Assembly: GCA_018656555.1 (NCBI GenBank)
Contig: JABHZQ010000020.1
Location: forward strand, 10,764 to 74,763
Direction: 5' to 3'
Length of the DNA: 64,000 bases
Source of the DNA: an archaeon
GTDB taxonomy: Archaea > Nanobdellota > Nanobdellia > SCGC-AAA011-G17 > GW2011-AR17
Positions 12,061 through 20,698 of this stretch are shown piece by piece (the first letter of the stretch is position 1; each line of letters starts with the position of its first letter). Made by a program: the position numbers and the translations under genes. The notes beneath the pieces were generated by a model that saw nothing but the letters and a program-made list of their open reading frames with translations, was not told where the DNA came from and made no database searches.

Positions 12061-13290
12061 ATGAAAAAAATATTATTTATTGTGATGATTTTATTGATGG
12101 TAGGTAGTGTATCTGCTGTACAAACAGTTATAACAAAAACAGAGGAGTTTAGACTGGATTTGGTTAAGTATGATCCTTCACCAGTTCAACCTGGAGAGAC
12201 TTCTGATTTGCATTTTGAAATAACTAATTTACAAGATGAAATAGTAAATGATTTGGAATTTACTATTGTTGAAACCTTCCCCTTCTTTTTAGACGAATTT
12301 TTAGAGAATACTATTGAAATTGATAGTTTGGCTTCTGGAGAAATGGTTGAGTTTGTTGTCCCTATAAGTGTTAATGCAAATGTGGATGATGGGTTTTATA
12401 GTTTTAGTTTAGACTATTATTCCGAGGTACAGAATGCAAGAGTGAGTGAAGATTTTACAATTTATGTTCAGAGGGTTAATAGGATTGTTTCTGCAACAAG
12501 TATTGCTGTTGAGAGTTCAGGTGTTGAAAATATTCCTGGAATTTTGGAACCTGGGGAAATAGGTAAGATGAATGTTGTTGTTGAGAATTCTGCAGGATAT
12601 ACTATGGAAGATGTTTCTATTAAACTGTTATTAAATGCAAGTAGTGTGCCTTTTGCTCCTATTGGTTCTACTGCTGAGAAACATGTTGCTTCTATTGGTT
12701 CTGGCGATTATGAAAATGTAGTGTTTGATATTATTGCATTACCTGATGCAGATGCTGGAGTGTATAAAGTTTCATTTGAAATACAGTACTATGATGAATT
12801 AGGAAATTTATACGTTAGAAATGATTTGATTGGAATGGTTATTGGTAGTGTTCCTGAGTTTCATCTTGAAATAAAAGAGAGTGAGATAAAAGGAAGAGGT
12901 GGAACTGGTGATGTAACTTTGAATATTGTGAATACTGGCTTATCACAAGTTAAGTTTATGACTATTCAATTAGAAGAGAGTGAGGATTATGAGATTCTTT
13001 CGGAGGATATTCTTTATTTGGGAGATATTGATTCTGATGATGATGAATCAGCTACTTTCTTGTTAGATTTGAGAACATTAAGTGATAATGTTGAATTGCC
13101 TATAACTTTAAGTTTTAGAGATTCAAATAACCAGAGATATGAACAGAGCTTTACACCAGAGTTTACAATATATAATCTTGGTAATGGCGCATTAAGTGTT
13201 GGTTGGATTGTATCTATTGTTATAGTGTTGGCTGTTATAGGAATAATATTTAGGAAAAGGTTGAAAAAACTCTTTAAGAAAAAAAGATGA
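12061..13290 (+). CDS. COG1361-like S-layer domain protein
   Basis: Signal peptide, YDPSPVQPG Ig-like repeats, C-terminal TM plus basic tail; sits between ABC ATPase and permease as is typical. Confidence 0.8.
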   Translation: MKKILFIVMILLMVGSVSAVQTVITKTEEFRLDLVKYDPSPVQPGETSDLHFEITNLQDEIVNDLEFTIVETFPFFLDEFLENTIEIDSLASGEMVEFVVPISVNANVDDGFYSFSLDYYSEVQNARVSEDFTIYVQRVNRIVSATSIAVESSGVENIPGILEPGEIGKMNVVVENSAGYTMEDVSIKLLLNASSVPFAPIGSTAEKHVASIGSGDYENVVFDIIALPDADAGVYKVSFEIQYYDELGNLYVRNDLIGMVIGSVPEFHLEIKESEIKGRGGTGDVTLNIVNTGLSQVKFMTIQLEESEDYEILSEDILYLGDIDSDDDESATFLLDLRTLSDNVELPITLSFRDSNNQRYEQSFTPEFTIYNLGNGALSVGWIVSIVIVLAVIGIIFRKRLKKLFKKKR

Positions 13291-14510
13291 TTAAGGATTA
13301 TGCTAAGTTAGCTTTAAGGAGTATTGTAACTAGAAAACTAAGAAGTTGGTTAACTGTAATTGGTATTTTTATTGGTATTGCAACTGTTGTTGCTTTGATT
13401 GCAGTTGGTCAAGGTATGGAGAAGGCTATAACTGAGCAGTTTGAAGAGTTAGGTACAGATAAAATAGTGATTAGTGCTGGTGGTGATGCAGCAGGTAGTG
13501 CTTTTGCAGCAGGGTTAGCCTCGAATCCAATAACTTATGATGACTTAGATGCTGTACAAGGGGTCAGAGGGGTTGATGTTGCAGCAGGAATGATTTCTAG
13601 ATTAGCTTTAGTAGAGTTTGATGATGAAACTAAAACAACTTGGGTTAGTGGATTTCCTACAGATGAAACTGCTAAAGTTGTTGAAGATATTCAATCTTTT
13701 GAGATATTAGAAGGAAGAGATATAGAAGCAGGTGATACTTATTCTGCAGTTGTAGGATATAATCTTTATATGGATGATTTTTTTGAAAAGCCTGTAGAGG
13801 CAAGAGACAAAATTTTCATTGAAGGAATTAAATTTAAAGTTGTAGGGGTTGTTGATAAGATTGGTAATGCTCAAGATGATACTCAAATTATAATTCCTAT
13901 TGATACAGCTAAGGAGATATTTGATACTGGTGATGATATTTATGGGATAATGGTGAAGATTGATGATGGTGAAGAGCCAAGTGTTGTTGCTGAGAGAATT
14001 GAGGAAGAGTTGAGAGATTTTAGAGATGAAGATGAAGGTGCTGAAAGTTTTCAAGTACAAACTTTTGAACAGATTTTAGAACAGGTTGGTGTTGTGTTGA
14101 ATATTATTAGTGCTGTGTTAATTGGTATTGCTGCTATTTCACTTTTAGTTGGTGGGGTTGGGATTATGAATACTATGTATACTGCTGTACTTGAAAGAAC
14201 CAAAGAGATTGGTATTATGAAATCTATTGGTGGAAGGAACAGTGATATTATGATGATATTTTTATTGGAGTCGGGGATGTATGGTTTGGTTGGTGGTGGT
14301 GTAGGTGTAATAGTTGGTGCTTTAATGAGTTTAATTGTTTCTAAGGTTGCAGGTGTTGCTTTAGGTATTGATTATTTTCAAGCAGATATAACTTGGTGGT
14401 TAATAGTTGGTGCTTTAACATTTTCTTTTGTTGTAGGAGTATTATCTGGAGTATTACCAGCTAAACAAGCTTCTAAAATGCAGCCAGTTGATGCACTTCG
14501 TTATGAATAA
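13287..14510 (+). CDS. ABC transporter permease (MacB/FtsX family)
   Basis: RSWLTVIGIFIG, GIMNTMYTAVLERTKEIG, PVDALRYE. Confidence 0.95.
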   Translation: MIKDYAKLALRSIVTRKLRSWLTVIGIFIGIATVVALIAVGQGMEKAITEQFEELGTDKIVISAGGDAAGSAFAAGLASNPITYDDLDAVQGVRGVDVAAGMISRLALVEFDDETKTTWVSGFPTDETAKVVEDIQSFEILEGRDIEAGDTYSAVVGYNLYMDDFFEKPVEARDKIFIEGIKFKVVGVVDKIGNAQDDTQIIIPIDTAKEIFDTGDDIYGIMVKIDDGEEPSVVAERIEEELRDFRDEDEGAESFQVQTFEQILEQVGVVLNIISAVLIGIAAISLLVGGVGIMNTMYTAVLERTKEIGIMKSIGGRNSDIMMIFLLESGMYGLVGGGVGVIVGALMSLIVSKVAGVALGIDYFQADITWWLIVGALTFSFVVGVLSGVLPAKQASKMQPVDALRYE

Positions 14511-14542
14511 AATTTTTAAAGGGAAGATTTCTTTTTTTATTT

Positions 14543-14920
14543 ATGGGATTGAAGGATGATGTTTTTGGGGCTTTTGTGAGGGCTAATGAGTTGCAGAGAG
14601 TTCCTGAATTTTCGAAGGCAGGTAGAGATGATCCTCTTTATGTTAAAGATGAAGTTCCTGCTAGAAGAAGTGAGATTGAGAGAACAATTGGCTTTGCTGG
14701 GTTTGTTGATGGATATCAGGGAAGAGAAGAAAGATTTAGGGGACCAAGAGGAAGTCTTGAAGCTGCTAGAACTGGAGGTGTAGATGGAATTCTTGATAGG
14801 TTGGCTGAATTTTCTCCTGATGGAGAAGAAATTGCAAGGGGATATAGAGAAATGGTAGGAGATCCTAGTGAGGCTTATGCTAAACAGTATAGAAGAGGTC
14901 TAGCTGCTTCTAAATTATGA
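14543..14920 (+). CDS. Hypothetical protein
   Basis: 125-aa ORF with TTTTAAA box about 25 nt upstream. Confidence 0.55.
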   Translation: MGLKDDVFGAFVRANELQRVPEFSKAGRDDPLYVKDEVPARRSEIERTIGFAGFVDGYQGREERFRGPRGSLEAARTGGVDGILDRLAEFSPDGEEIARGYREMVGDPSEAYAKQYRRGLAASKL

Positions 14921-14977
14921 AAAGATTTTTAATTTTTTTAGGATAACTTTTTTAAATGTTGGTTCTAGTGATGTATT

Positions 14978-15652
14978 ATGGACATTTCTGAAAGAAATAA
15001 GAAAGTAGCTTTAGCTAGGTGGGAAAATTGCTTTATAAAACAAAGAGAGAGAATAAAGAAAGATCCTTCTAGTTTGATTAAGAAAGCAATTATTTGTGGT
15101 TTCCTTGCTGGTGATGGCAATATACAAATAAGGAGAGATTCTTCTAATTATGAGATAAGATTTTTTCCAGATGATGCCTATATGCTACAAGTTTATTGTG
15201 AATTAATGGAAGAATTATATGATAAATGTCCTTCTGTTTTTATTGAGAAAGGATCTTTTAATGCTAGGTTGACTTCAAAAGTGATTGTTGAGGATATTAT
15301 TTCTTATTCTAATTTTGGATTAGAAAAGTGGGATTTACCTGAGGAATTATTTTTAATTCCAAATGCTAAAGAATATTGGATAAGTGCTTTCTTTTCAGGA
15401 GAGGCATATGTTGGAAAAAATCATATTAAGGTTCAAACAATAAATAAAAGTGGGATGGAAAAACTTTCTAATTTGTTATTTGATTGTGGAATAAATCATA
15501 AATTTTATCAATATTGTCCTAAAAGGAGTAATCATTCTATAGTTTATATTATTTGCATATTGAAGAAGAAAGATCGAAAGTTATTTTATGACAAAATTGG
15601 TTTTTTTCATAGAGAAAAGACTATTAAGTTACAGAAATCGTTAAATTTATAA
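14978..15652 (+). CDS. Free-standing two-motif LAGLIDADG homing-endonuclease-family protein
   Basis: IICGFLAGDG and WISAFFSGEA helices; C-terminal FYDKIGF..EK typical of LAGLIDADG_3 domains. Confidence 0.82.
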   Translation: MDISERNKKVALARWENCFIKQRERIKKDPSSLIKKAIICGFLAGDGNIQIRRDSSNYEIRFFPDDAYMLQVYCELMEELYDKCPSVFIEKGSFNARLTSKVIVEDIISYSNFGLEKWDLPEELFLIPNAKEYWISAFFSGEAYVGKNHIKVQTINKSGMEKLSNLLFDCGINHKFYQYCPKRSNHSIVYIICILKKKDRKLFYDKIGFFHREKTIKLQKSLNL

Positions 15653-15677
15653 AATACCTTGTAATCTGACTCTTTAT

Positions 15678-15814
15678 GCCGAGGTGGCACAATCTGGTAC
15701 TGCGCAGATTGTCTTTCTAGGTTGAAAGATAAGTGTAAGCCTGGAAAGAAGTTCTTTTCAAGACTAGATAGCCTGTTTCCTTTGGATATCTGGGTTCGAA
15801 TCCCAGCCTCGGCG
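15678..15814 (+). tRNA. tRNA-Ser(GGA) with two introns (15708-15738 at 29/30; 15747-15769 at 37/38)
   Basis: Acceptor GCCGAGG/CCTCGGC-G, T-arm CTGGG-TTCGAAT-CCCAG, long variable arm; removing both introns gives the anticodon arm CAGGC-CT-GGA-AA-GCCTG; both introns show relaxed BHB geometry. Confidence 0.88.
15801..15814 (+). repeat. Attachment site core, tRNA-proximal (TCCCAGCCTCGGCG)
   Basis: Identical to 28439-28452. Confidence 0.9.
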
Positions 15815-15840
15815 TAATACCTTTATGGCGTCTATCTTGA

Positions 15841-16575
15841 CTATTTCTTCTTAGCCTCCTTGTTTTTGTTTATCTTTGGTTTTTTCTTTTTCCTCCAATC
15901 TGATACTATTTTATCTTTTTTTGCAATCAGTTGGTCTCTTTCTTTTTTTAATTCCTTAGGAATTTCAAATTGTTCATTATATTCTTTATTTGCCCTTCTT
16001 AATTTTGATTCTTCCTCTTTCATTTCTTTATATTCCTTTGTTTTTGTCATTTTTAAGAATGCAGAGGATTTCTTTACCTTGTTTAACTTTGTTCTGAATT
16101 TCTTTTCGTAACTTACCTTTTTCCTACCTAATTTTTTAAGTTCTGGAGAACTTTTTACCATATCTGTGGCTTTATTCCTTATGTTAATCAATTCTGTGTC
16201 TATTTTGGCTAATTCTTCAAGTTTTATAATATCCTTTTTGTTTTTTATTAATGGAATTTTTTTCCAATTTGTTCTTGCGTTTATTCTTAGACCTTCTTTT
16301 GTTGCATAGTATTTCCAATCACTATCTTTTTTGAGCCTTGCGCCCTTTAAATGATGTAAATTTAGCCTGAACTGAACTTCTCCAACTTTTTCATCTTCTG
16401 GTTTTCTTAATATAATCTGATTTTCATCTGCCTTAACTAATAGTTCCATTGTAACCTCATCTTGAGTAGGATTTTTAACCCATTGTAAAGCTCTAAGCCA
16501 CTCTATAGGAACATATACAAAGAACTTTTGCTTTCCCTCATGCCGTCCTTTGTTTTTATATTTCTTCATAACCAT
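15841..16575 (-). CDS. Putative element regulator: AbrB/SpoVT-like N-terminus plus Lys-rich coiled coil
   Basis: KFFVYVPIEWLRALQW...QIILRK resembles a swapped-hairpin DNA-binding domain; divergent from the replication genes. Confidence 0.5.
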   Translation of the reverse strand: MVMKKYKNKGRHEGKQKFFVYVPIEWLRALQWVKNPTQDEVTMELLVKADENQIILRKPEDEKVGEVQFRLNLHHLKGARLKKDSDWKYYATKEGLRINARTNWKKIPLIKNKKDIIKLEELAKIDTELINIRNKATDMVKSSPELKKLGRKKVSYEKKFRTKLNKVKKSSAFLKMTKTKEYKEMKEEESKLRRANKEYNEQFEIPKELKKERDQLIAKKDKIVSDWRKKKKPKINKNKEAKKK

Positions 16576-16577
16576 CT

Positions 16578-16649
16578 TGTAATGTATAAAGCATTACAGC
16601 TATATAAACCTTTCTATTAGGGTATACCCTTTCAAAAAGGGCACACCCC
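16578..16649. promoter_or_regulatory. Putative operators in the divergent control region
   Basis: TGTAATG-N7-CATTACA (16578-16598), perfect palindrome AGGGTATACCCT (16619-16630), imperfect copy AGGGCACACCCC (16638-16649). Confidence 0.5.
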
Positions 16650-16684
16650 ATATTTTAACTATAAAATGTCACATTATATGCACT

Positions 16685-16843
16685 ATGAAAAAAGAAACAT
16701 ACTTGCAGTTTAGAACAACTGAGGATGAAAAGGAATTAATCCTTAACAATATGAGGAAGCAGAGATTTAGAAGTTTTTCTGAATGGGCAAGAATTGTTCT
16801 TATGAATTGTGAGGTAGAAGATGAAACTAACACAATTGGATGA
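16685..16843 (+). CDS. Small ribbon-helix-helix (MobC/CopG-like) protein, not in ORF track
   Basis: MKKETYLQFRTTEDEKELILNNMRKQRFRSFSEWARIVLMNCEVEDETNTIG (52 aa): beta strand (LQFR) followed by two helices with S.SE..R. Confidence 0.7.
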   Translation: MKKETYLQFRTTEDEKELILNNMRKQRFRSFSEWARIVLMNCEVEDETNTIG

Positions 16844-16924
16844 AAATATTGAAAAGAGCTTTTCTCCTGAAATCAGGAAGATTAGAGAGTTCTATTTCAA
16901 AAAAATTATAGGAGGAAATGAAAA

Positions 16925-17185
16925 ATGGTAGCAGCAACAATAACAAGGACAATCGAGACAGCACAACCAAAATGTGAAATAGTAGTATTGACTGTATCAG
17001 ATGGAGAATCTTATCGGAGTAGAAAATTCGAGAATATTCAATCAGCTCATGTTTCTTCAAACAAAGTTAGTGCAGTTTTAACATCAGTACCATCTGTTGA
17101 ATATAATACTTCATCAGCCGTTGTGACAGTGCACTGGTCAGAACAAACAGATCAATTAGCAACATTAGTCCTTTGGGGCAATTAA
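16925..17185 (+). CDS. Small beta-rich protein, possible virion head-decoration-like
   Basis: Strong SD GGAGG; Thr/Ser/Val-rich 86 aa ending TLVLWGN; function inferred only. Confidence 0.5.
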   Translation: MVAATITRTIETAQPKCEIVVLTVSDGESYRSRKFENIQSAHVSSNKVSAVLTSVPSVEYNTSSAVVTVHWSEQTDQLATLVLWGN

Positions 17186-17239
17186 GACATATACAAAAGA
17201 GATAATTGGTGTGGCTGAGAAGTCACAAGGAAATAAATT

Positions 17240-17650
17240 ATGAAAGAAATAAAGAAAACAGATTGGATAACCTTTGAGAAAGACAAACATGGTATTCAAT
17301 TAAGAGAAGCACATGAAATTCTTGGTGTATCTACACCTTGCCAAATTGAATTAGAGCAAAAAGGCAAATACAAAGTTGTTAGAAGAGGGATTAAACAAGA
17401 AAAGATTCCTATGTATATTCGAGCAACATTGGTTGCTTCTAATTTTAACAATGATAAACTCTGTGGGATGTATCTATGTTATGGAAATTCCCCAATGATG
17501 TGGATACAGACCAATGAGTTTACTAAATTCAGGTTGAGTGATGATAAACCTGAACACAAAACACCTGTCTATCTTGGGCATTTGGTGTATAAATGTTCTG
17601 CAAAGCAGAAGGGAGATAAAAATGAAGAAAAAGGAAATACCACAAGTTAA
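17240..17650 (+). CDS. Hypothetical element protein
   Basis: 136-aa ORF in the co-directional operon. Confidence 0.55.
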   Translation: MKEIKKTDWITFEKDKHGIQLREAHEILGVSTPCQIELEQKGKYKVVRRGIKQEKIPMYIRATLVASNFNNDKLCGMYLCYGNSPMMWIQTNEFTKFRLSDDKPEHKTPVYLGHLVYKCSAKQKGDKNEEKGNTTS

Positions 17651-17858
17651 GGCATTTATTGACGAAGACTATAATCAAATTACATTCTGGTGTTGTTTCT
17701 GCCAAACATGGCATCGTCATGGACAAGGTTATGGACACAGAGGTGCTCATTGTCATTTTCATAGCCCTATGAGAGATTATGAACTAATAGGATATACTGA
17801 CAAGGAACTGAAAAAGATTCTAAGAATGGTGAAGGAGCAGTTGGGTATTGTAAAATGA
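17622..17858 (+). CDS. Small putative Zn-binding protein (likely start 17622)
   Basis: SD GGGAG before ATG 17622; WCCFCQTWHRHG...HRGAHC; stop overlaps the primase ATG (ATGA). Confidence 0.6.
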   Translation: MKKKEIPQVKAFIDEDYNQITFWCCFCQTWHRHGQGYGHRGAHCHFHSPMRDYELIGYTDKELKKILRMVKEQLGIVK

Positions 17859-19588
17859 AGATATCTAATCAATTACAAAGAGATGATTTGAGGTTTATCT
17901 TATTGAAATATAAGAATAAATCTGCTCTTGAGGAAGGATGGAATAAAGATGTTAATTATTCATTTTCTAATCCAAAATTAACCAAACACATTGAAGAAGG
18001 TAAGAATTATGGGTTAATTTGTGGTAATGGTCTTATTGTAATTGATGCAGATACTAAAAGGTTGAATGAAATCGTTAAAGAGAAACTACCTGAGACATTT
18101 TCTGTAAAAACAGCAAAGGGTTACCATTACTACTACTGGTGTCTTGATTTCTTGAAGAAAAAGGTGTTGAATGATGGAAGCGAACACTTGGGAGAGATAC
18201 AATCTAATGGTTCTTATGTTGTTGCTCCTAATTCAATACATCCTTCTGGTAGGATATATGAAGTATCTAAAGATGTTGAGATTGCTGAGTTAGATAAAGA
18301 ATATATAGATAATTTATTTAATAAATACTATAGTTCTGAAAGATTAGGTAAGGAAGTTATTCTAGATGGTGTTGAATCTGGGATGAGAAATGATAGTATG
18401 TTTAAATTGGCATGTAGCTTTAGAACTAAAGACCTTACACCTGAAGAGACATATCAAACATTGGATAGTATCAATCAAAAGAATAGTCCTCCTCTTTCTG
18501 AATATGAGTTGAAGAAAGTAATAGAAAGTGCTTATAATTATAAGAATGAAGATTACTCAAAGCTACAAACTGAGTTTTCTGATTTAGAAGTTAGTTCGCT
18601 AAGGGATATGATGATTAAAGGTGTTCCAGAGATTGAATGGAGGATAAAGAATTTAGTTCCTCAAAGTGGAATTACAATAATAGGAGGTACTGCAGGAGCT
18701 TACAAGAGTTGGGCTGTTATGAATATGGCAATATGTTGTTCAAGAGGGTATGATTTCTTGGATAAATACAAAGTTGAGCCTTGTAAGGTGTTGTATGTTG
18801 ATGAAGAGAACGGAAATGTTACAGTTCCAGTTAGGATGAAGATGTTATTGCATGGTTTTGGTTTGGATGGTACTGAAATTGAGCTGAATGATATTGTTTT
18901 TTCAATATTTAACAATGTTACACTAGATACACCTGGAGGGAGTAAGAAATTAAGGTATCTCATTGAGAAACATAAGCCGAGATTAATTGTTATTGATAGT
19001 ATGGTGAGGTGTATGCAGGGTGTTGAAGATAAATCCTCCGATGTTAGAGCTGTTTTTGATAACTTGAAGAATATCTTTAAAGATTATTCAGATTTGGCTT
19101 TTGTTATATTGCATCACACTGTTAAAACTACTGGAAGACATCTTAGTATGACAAAACTAAGAGGTTCTGGAGACTTCGCTGCATTTTCTGATGTTGTTTT
19201 GATGTTTAGTGCTTATCATAAGTATGTCAATAGAGTTTATGTTGGGATTGAGAAGAATAGACATGTTAACATGCAAGATGTTCCAAACTTTGCCTTTGAT
19301 GTTGTAAACACTGATAGAGATGGTTTAAAATTAGTTTATTCAAAGGAAACTGCTGAGCAAGATGCTATTGAGGATTGTAAGTTAGACATACTAAATTGGA
19401 TAGAAGAGGAAGATATTAAGGAATTTGCAACGAAGTTTACTCTAAACTCCATGTATAAACTAGGACACAAGAAAAATACTATTTATTCTACGCTAAAGAG
19501 GATGGTTCAAGATGGAGATATCAGTAAACTAAAGCGTGGATTATATCAATCTAAGGAGGTAAATTTATCGACTGAAGACAAGAGTTAG
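17855..19588 (+). CDS. Bifunctional primase-polymerase + PriCT + RepA/AAA_25 helicase + wHTH replication protein
   Basis: NYGL..G, VIDAD, KTAKGYHYY, YVVAPNSIHPSG (prim-pol); GMRND...PPLSEYE (PriCT-1); GTAGAYKS, VLYVDEEN, IVIDS, ILHHTVK, LRGSG (RepA-type helicase). Confidence 0.92.
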   Translation: MKISNQLQRDDLRFILLKYKNKSALEEGWNKDVNYSFSNPKLTKHIEEGKNYGLICGNGLIVIDADTKRLNEIVKEKLPETFSVKTAKGYHYYYWCLDFLKKKVLNDGSEHLGEIQSNGSYVVAPNSIHPSGRIYEVSKDVEIAELDKEYIDNLFNKYYSSERLGKEVILDGVESGMRNDSMFKLACSFRTKDLTPEETYQTLDSINQKNSPPLSEYELKKVIESAYNYKNEDYSKLQTEFSDLEVSSLRDMMIKGVPEIEWRIKNLVPQSGITIIGGTAGAYKSWAVMNMAICCSRGYDFLDKYKVEPCKVLYVDEENGNVTVPVRMKMLLHGFGLDGTEIELNDIVFSIFNNVTLDTPGGSKKLRYLIEKHKPRLIVIDSMVRCMQGVEDKSSDVRAVFDNLKNIFKDYSDLAFVILHHTVKTTGRHLSMTKLRGSGDFAAFSDVVLMFSAYHKYVNRVYVGIEKNRHVNMQDVPNFAFDVVNTDRDGLKLVYSKETAEQDAIEDCKLDILNWIEEEDIKEFATKFTLNSMYKLGHKKNTIYSTLKRMVQDGDISKLKRGLYQSKEVNLSTEDKS

Positions 19589-19716
19589 TTTACAGTAAAC
19601 TAAGTGAGTAAACTACGTAAACTAAGGCTATAGTTTTGTAATCAGTAAAAACACAAACTAACTAACTGAAAGTTAGTTTGTTTACTGATTTACTATAGGG
19701 GACAAACTAAACTAAG
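19583..19716. repeat. Iteron and hairpin array, candidate replication origin
   Basis: GTAAACTA at 19595, 19608 and 19617; palindrome TTAGTTTAC-A-GTAAACTAA (19585-19603); long imperfect inverted repeat 19628-19698. Confidence 0.75.
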
Positions 19717-19723
19717 ACTTTGT

Positions 19724-20185
19724 ATGATAATAGAGAAAATGGGGGAATTTCCAAGTAAAAAGCATCAGTTCAAAGCTGGTAAAAAGCACCAAATTACTGC
19801 AAAAGAGGCAGGAGCAATAGGAGGACGTGTTAAATCGCAGAAGAAGAACATTGCTCAGAAGTTTAGATGGTTAAAGCAGAAAGGGATTACAGATGAGAAC
19901 TTTGAAGAGTTAGTTCAATGGGTACAAGACAGAGAATATTCTATAATGTATACTTGTGAGTATCTCAAGAAAGCTCAAGATAGTTGCAAAACAACAAGTG
20001 AGAAGATAGCATTAGCTAAGGCATACATGCAGTTAATAGAGCTAAATCATGGCAAGAAGAACATAAATTTGAATTTAGATGTGACAAAAGAATGGAGCTC
20101 TCTAAAAGAGTTCTTAGAAGAAAATACAATATCTGTGGAGGCAGAACAAGATGAAAAAATACATAACAAAGAAGGTAATGAATGA
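19724..20185 (+). CDS. Putative terminase small subunit
   Basis: N-terminal HQFKAG...EAGAIGG motif as in many TerS proteins, helical core, beta-strand C-terminus (NINLNLD); upstream of terL. Confidence 0.55.
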   Translation: MIIEKMGEFPSKKHQFKAGKKHQITAKEAGAIGGRVKSQKKNIAQKFRWLKQKGITDENFEELVQWVQDREYSIMYTCEYLKKAQDSCKTTSEKIALAKAYMQLIELNHGKKNINLNLDVTKEWSSLKEFLEENTISVEAEQDEKIHNKEGNE

Positions 20186-20612
20186 AGAAAAAGTGAAAGT
20201 AGACGCAAGAATAAAAGAATTAGAAGACCAGTTGAATGAGAACAACAGAAGGCAACAGGAATTATCCAGATATAAGTTAAAGAAACATAACATAGAAAGT
20301 GAGGAGAAGAAACAATATGTAAAGGATATACAAGAGGAAAGAAAAAGATTAGAGAAAGAAGCAGTGACTGAGGTAGATTTAAAAGGTGTTTGTAGAAAAT
20401 GTGGTTCTAAATTAGATATATATGGAGATACATTTCGTGAAGATGTGATGGGTGGTGAAACATCAATTATTCTAGAGGCTATCTGTCCAAAATGCACCTT
20501 TGAGGTTAAACACACTGAAAATTTGAAACTTAAGAATGGAATCAGTTATAAAATAATTCCACGAAAAAGAAGTATCTACAACCTCATAAACAAGGGACAT
20601 CCAATTTTTTAA
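20151..20612 (+). CDS. Coiled-coil plus Zn-ribbon protein
   Basis: Charged helical N-terminal half; CRKC...CPKC. Confidence 0.6.
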   Translation: MKKYITKKVMNEEKVKVDARIKELEDQLNENNRRQQELSRYKLKKHNIESEEKKQYVKDIQEERKRLEKEAVTEVDLKGVCRKCGSKLDIYGDTFREDVMGGETSIILEAICPKCTFEVKHTENLKLKNGISYKIIPRKRSIYNLINKGHPIF

Positions 20613-20698
20613 TCTTGTAGAAATATTGCTATTTTTTTGACAGGGGGGATTTGAACATCTCCTCCTCTTTGGCCTCCTTAGATTAATTATACGGTTGT

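Noticed and set aside
15705..15720. Reading the gene as tRNA-Asp(GTC) from TT-GTC-TT
   Set aside because: That triplet is in the intron-1 helix; the long variable arm, G discriminator and perfect CAGGC/GCCTG stem support Ser(GGA)
16821..16910. 29-aa ORF (MKLTQLDENIEKSF...) with GAGGT upstream
   Set aside because: May be real but is too short and has no motif to support it
19583..19716. CRISPR array or mini-array
   Set aside because: Units are 7-10 bp, in both orientations, with no unique 30-40-bp spacers; no cas genes in the window
20633..20680. tRNA-like fragment (minus strand GTTCAAATC) or cos/pac site between the Zn-ribbon gene and terL
   Set aside because: No T-stem or acceptor pairing; a packaging site cannot be supported from sequence alone
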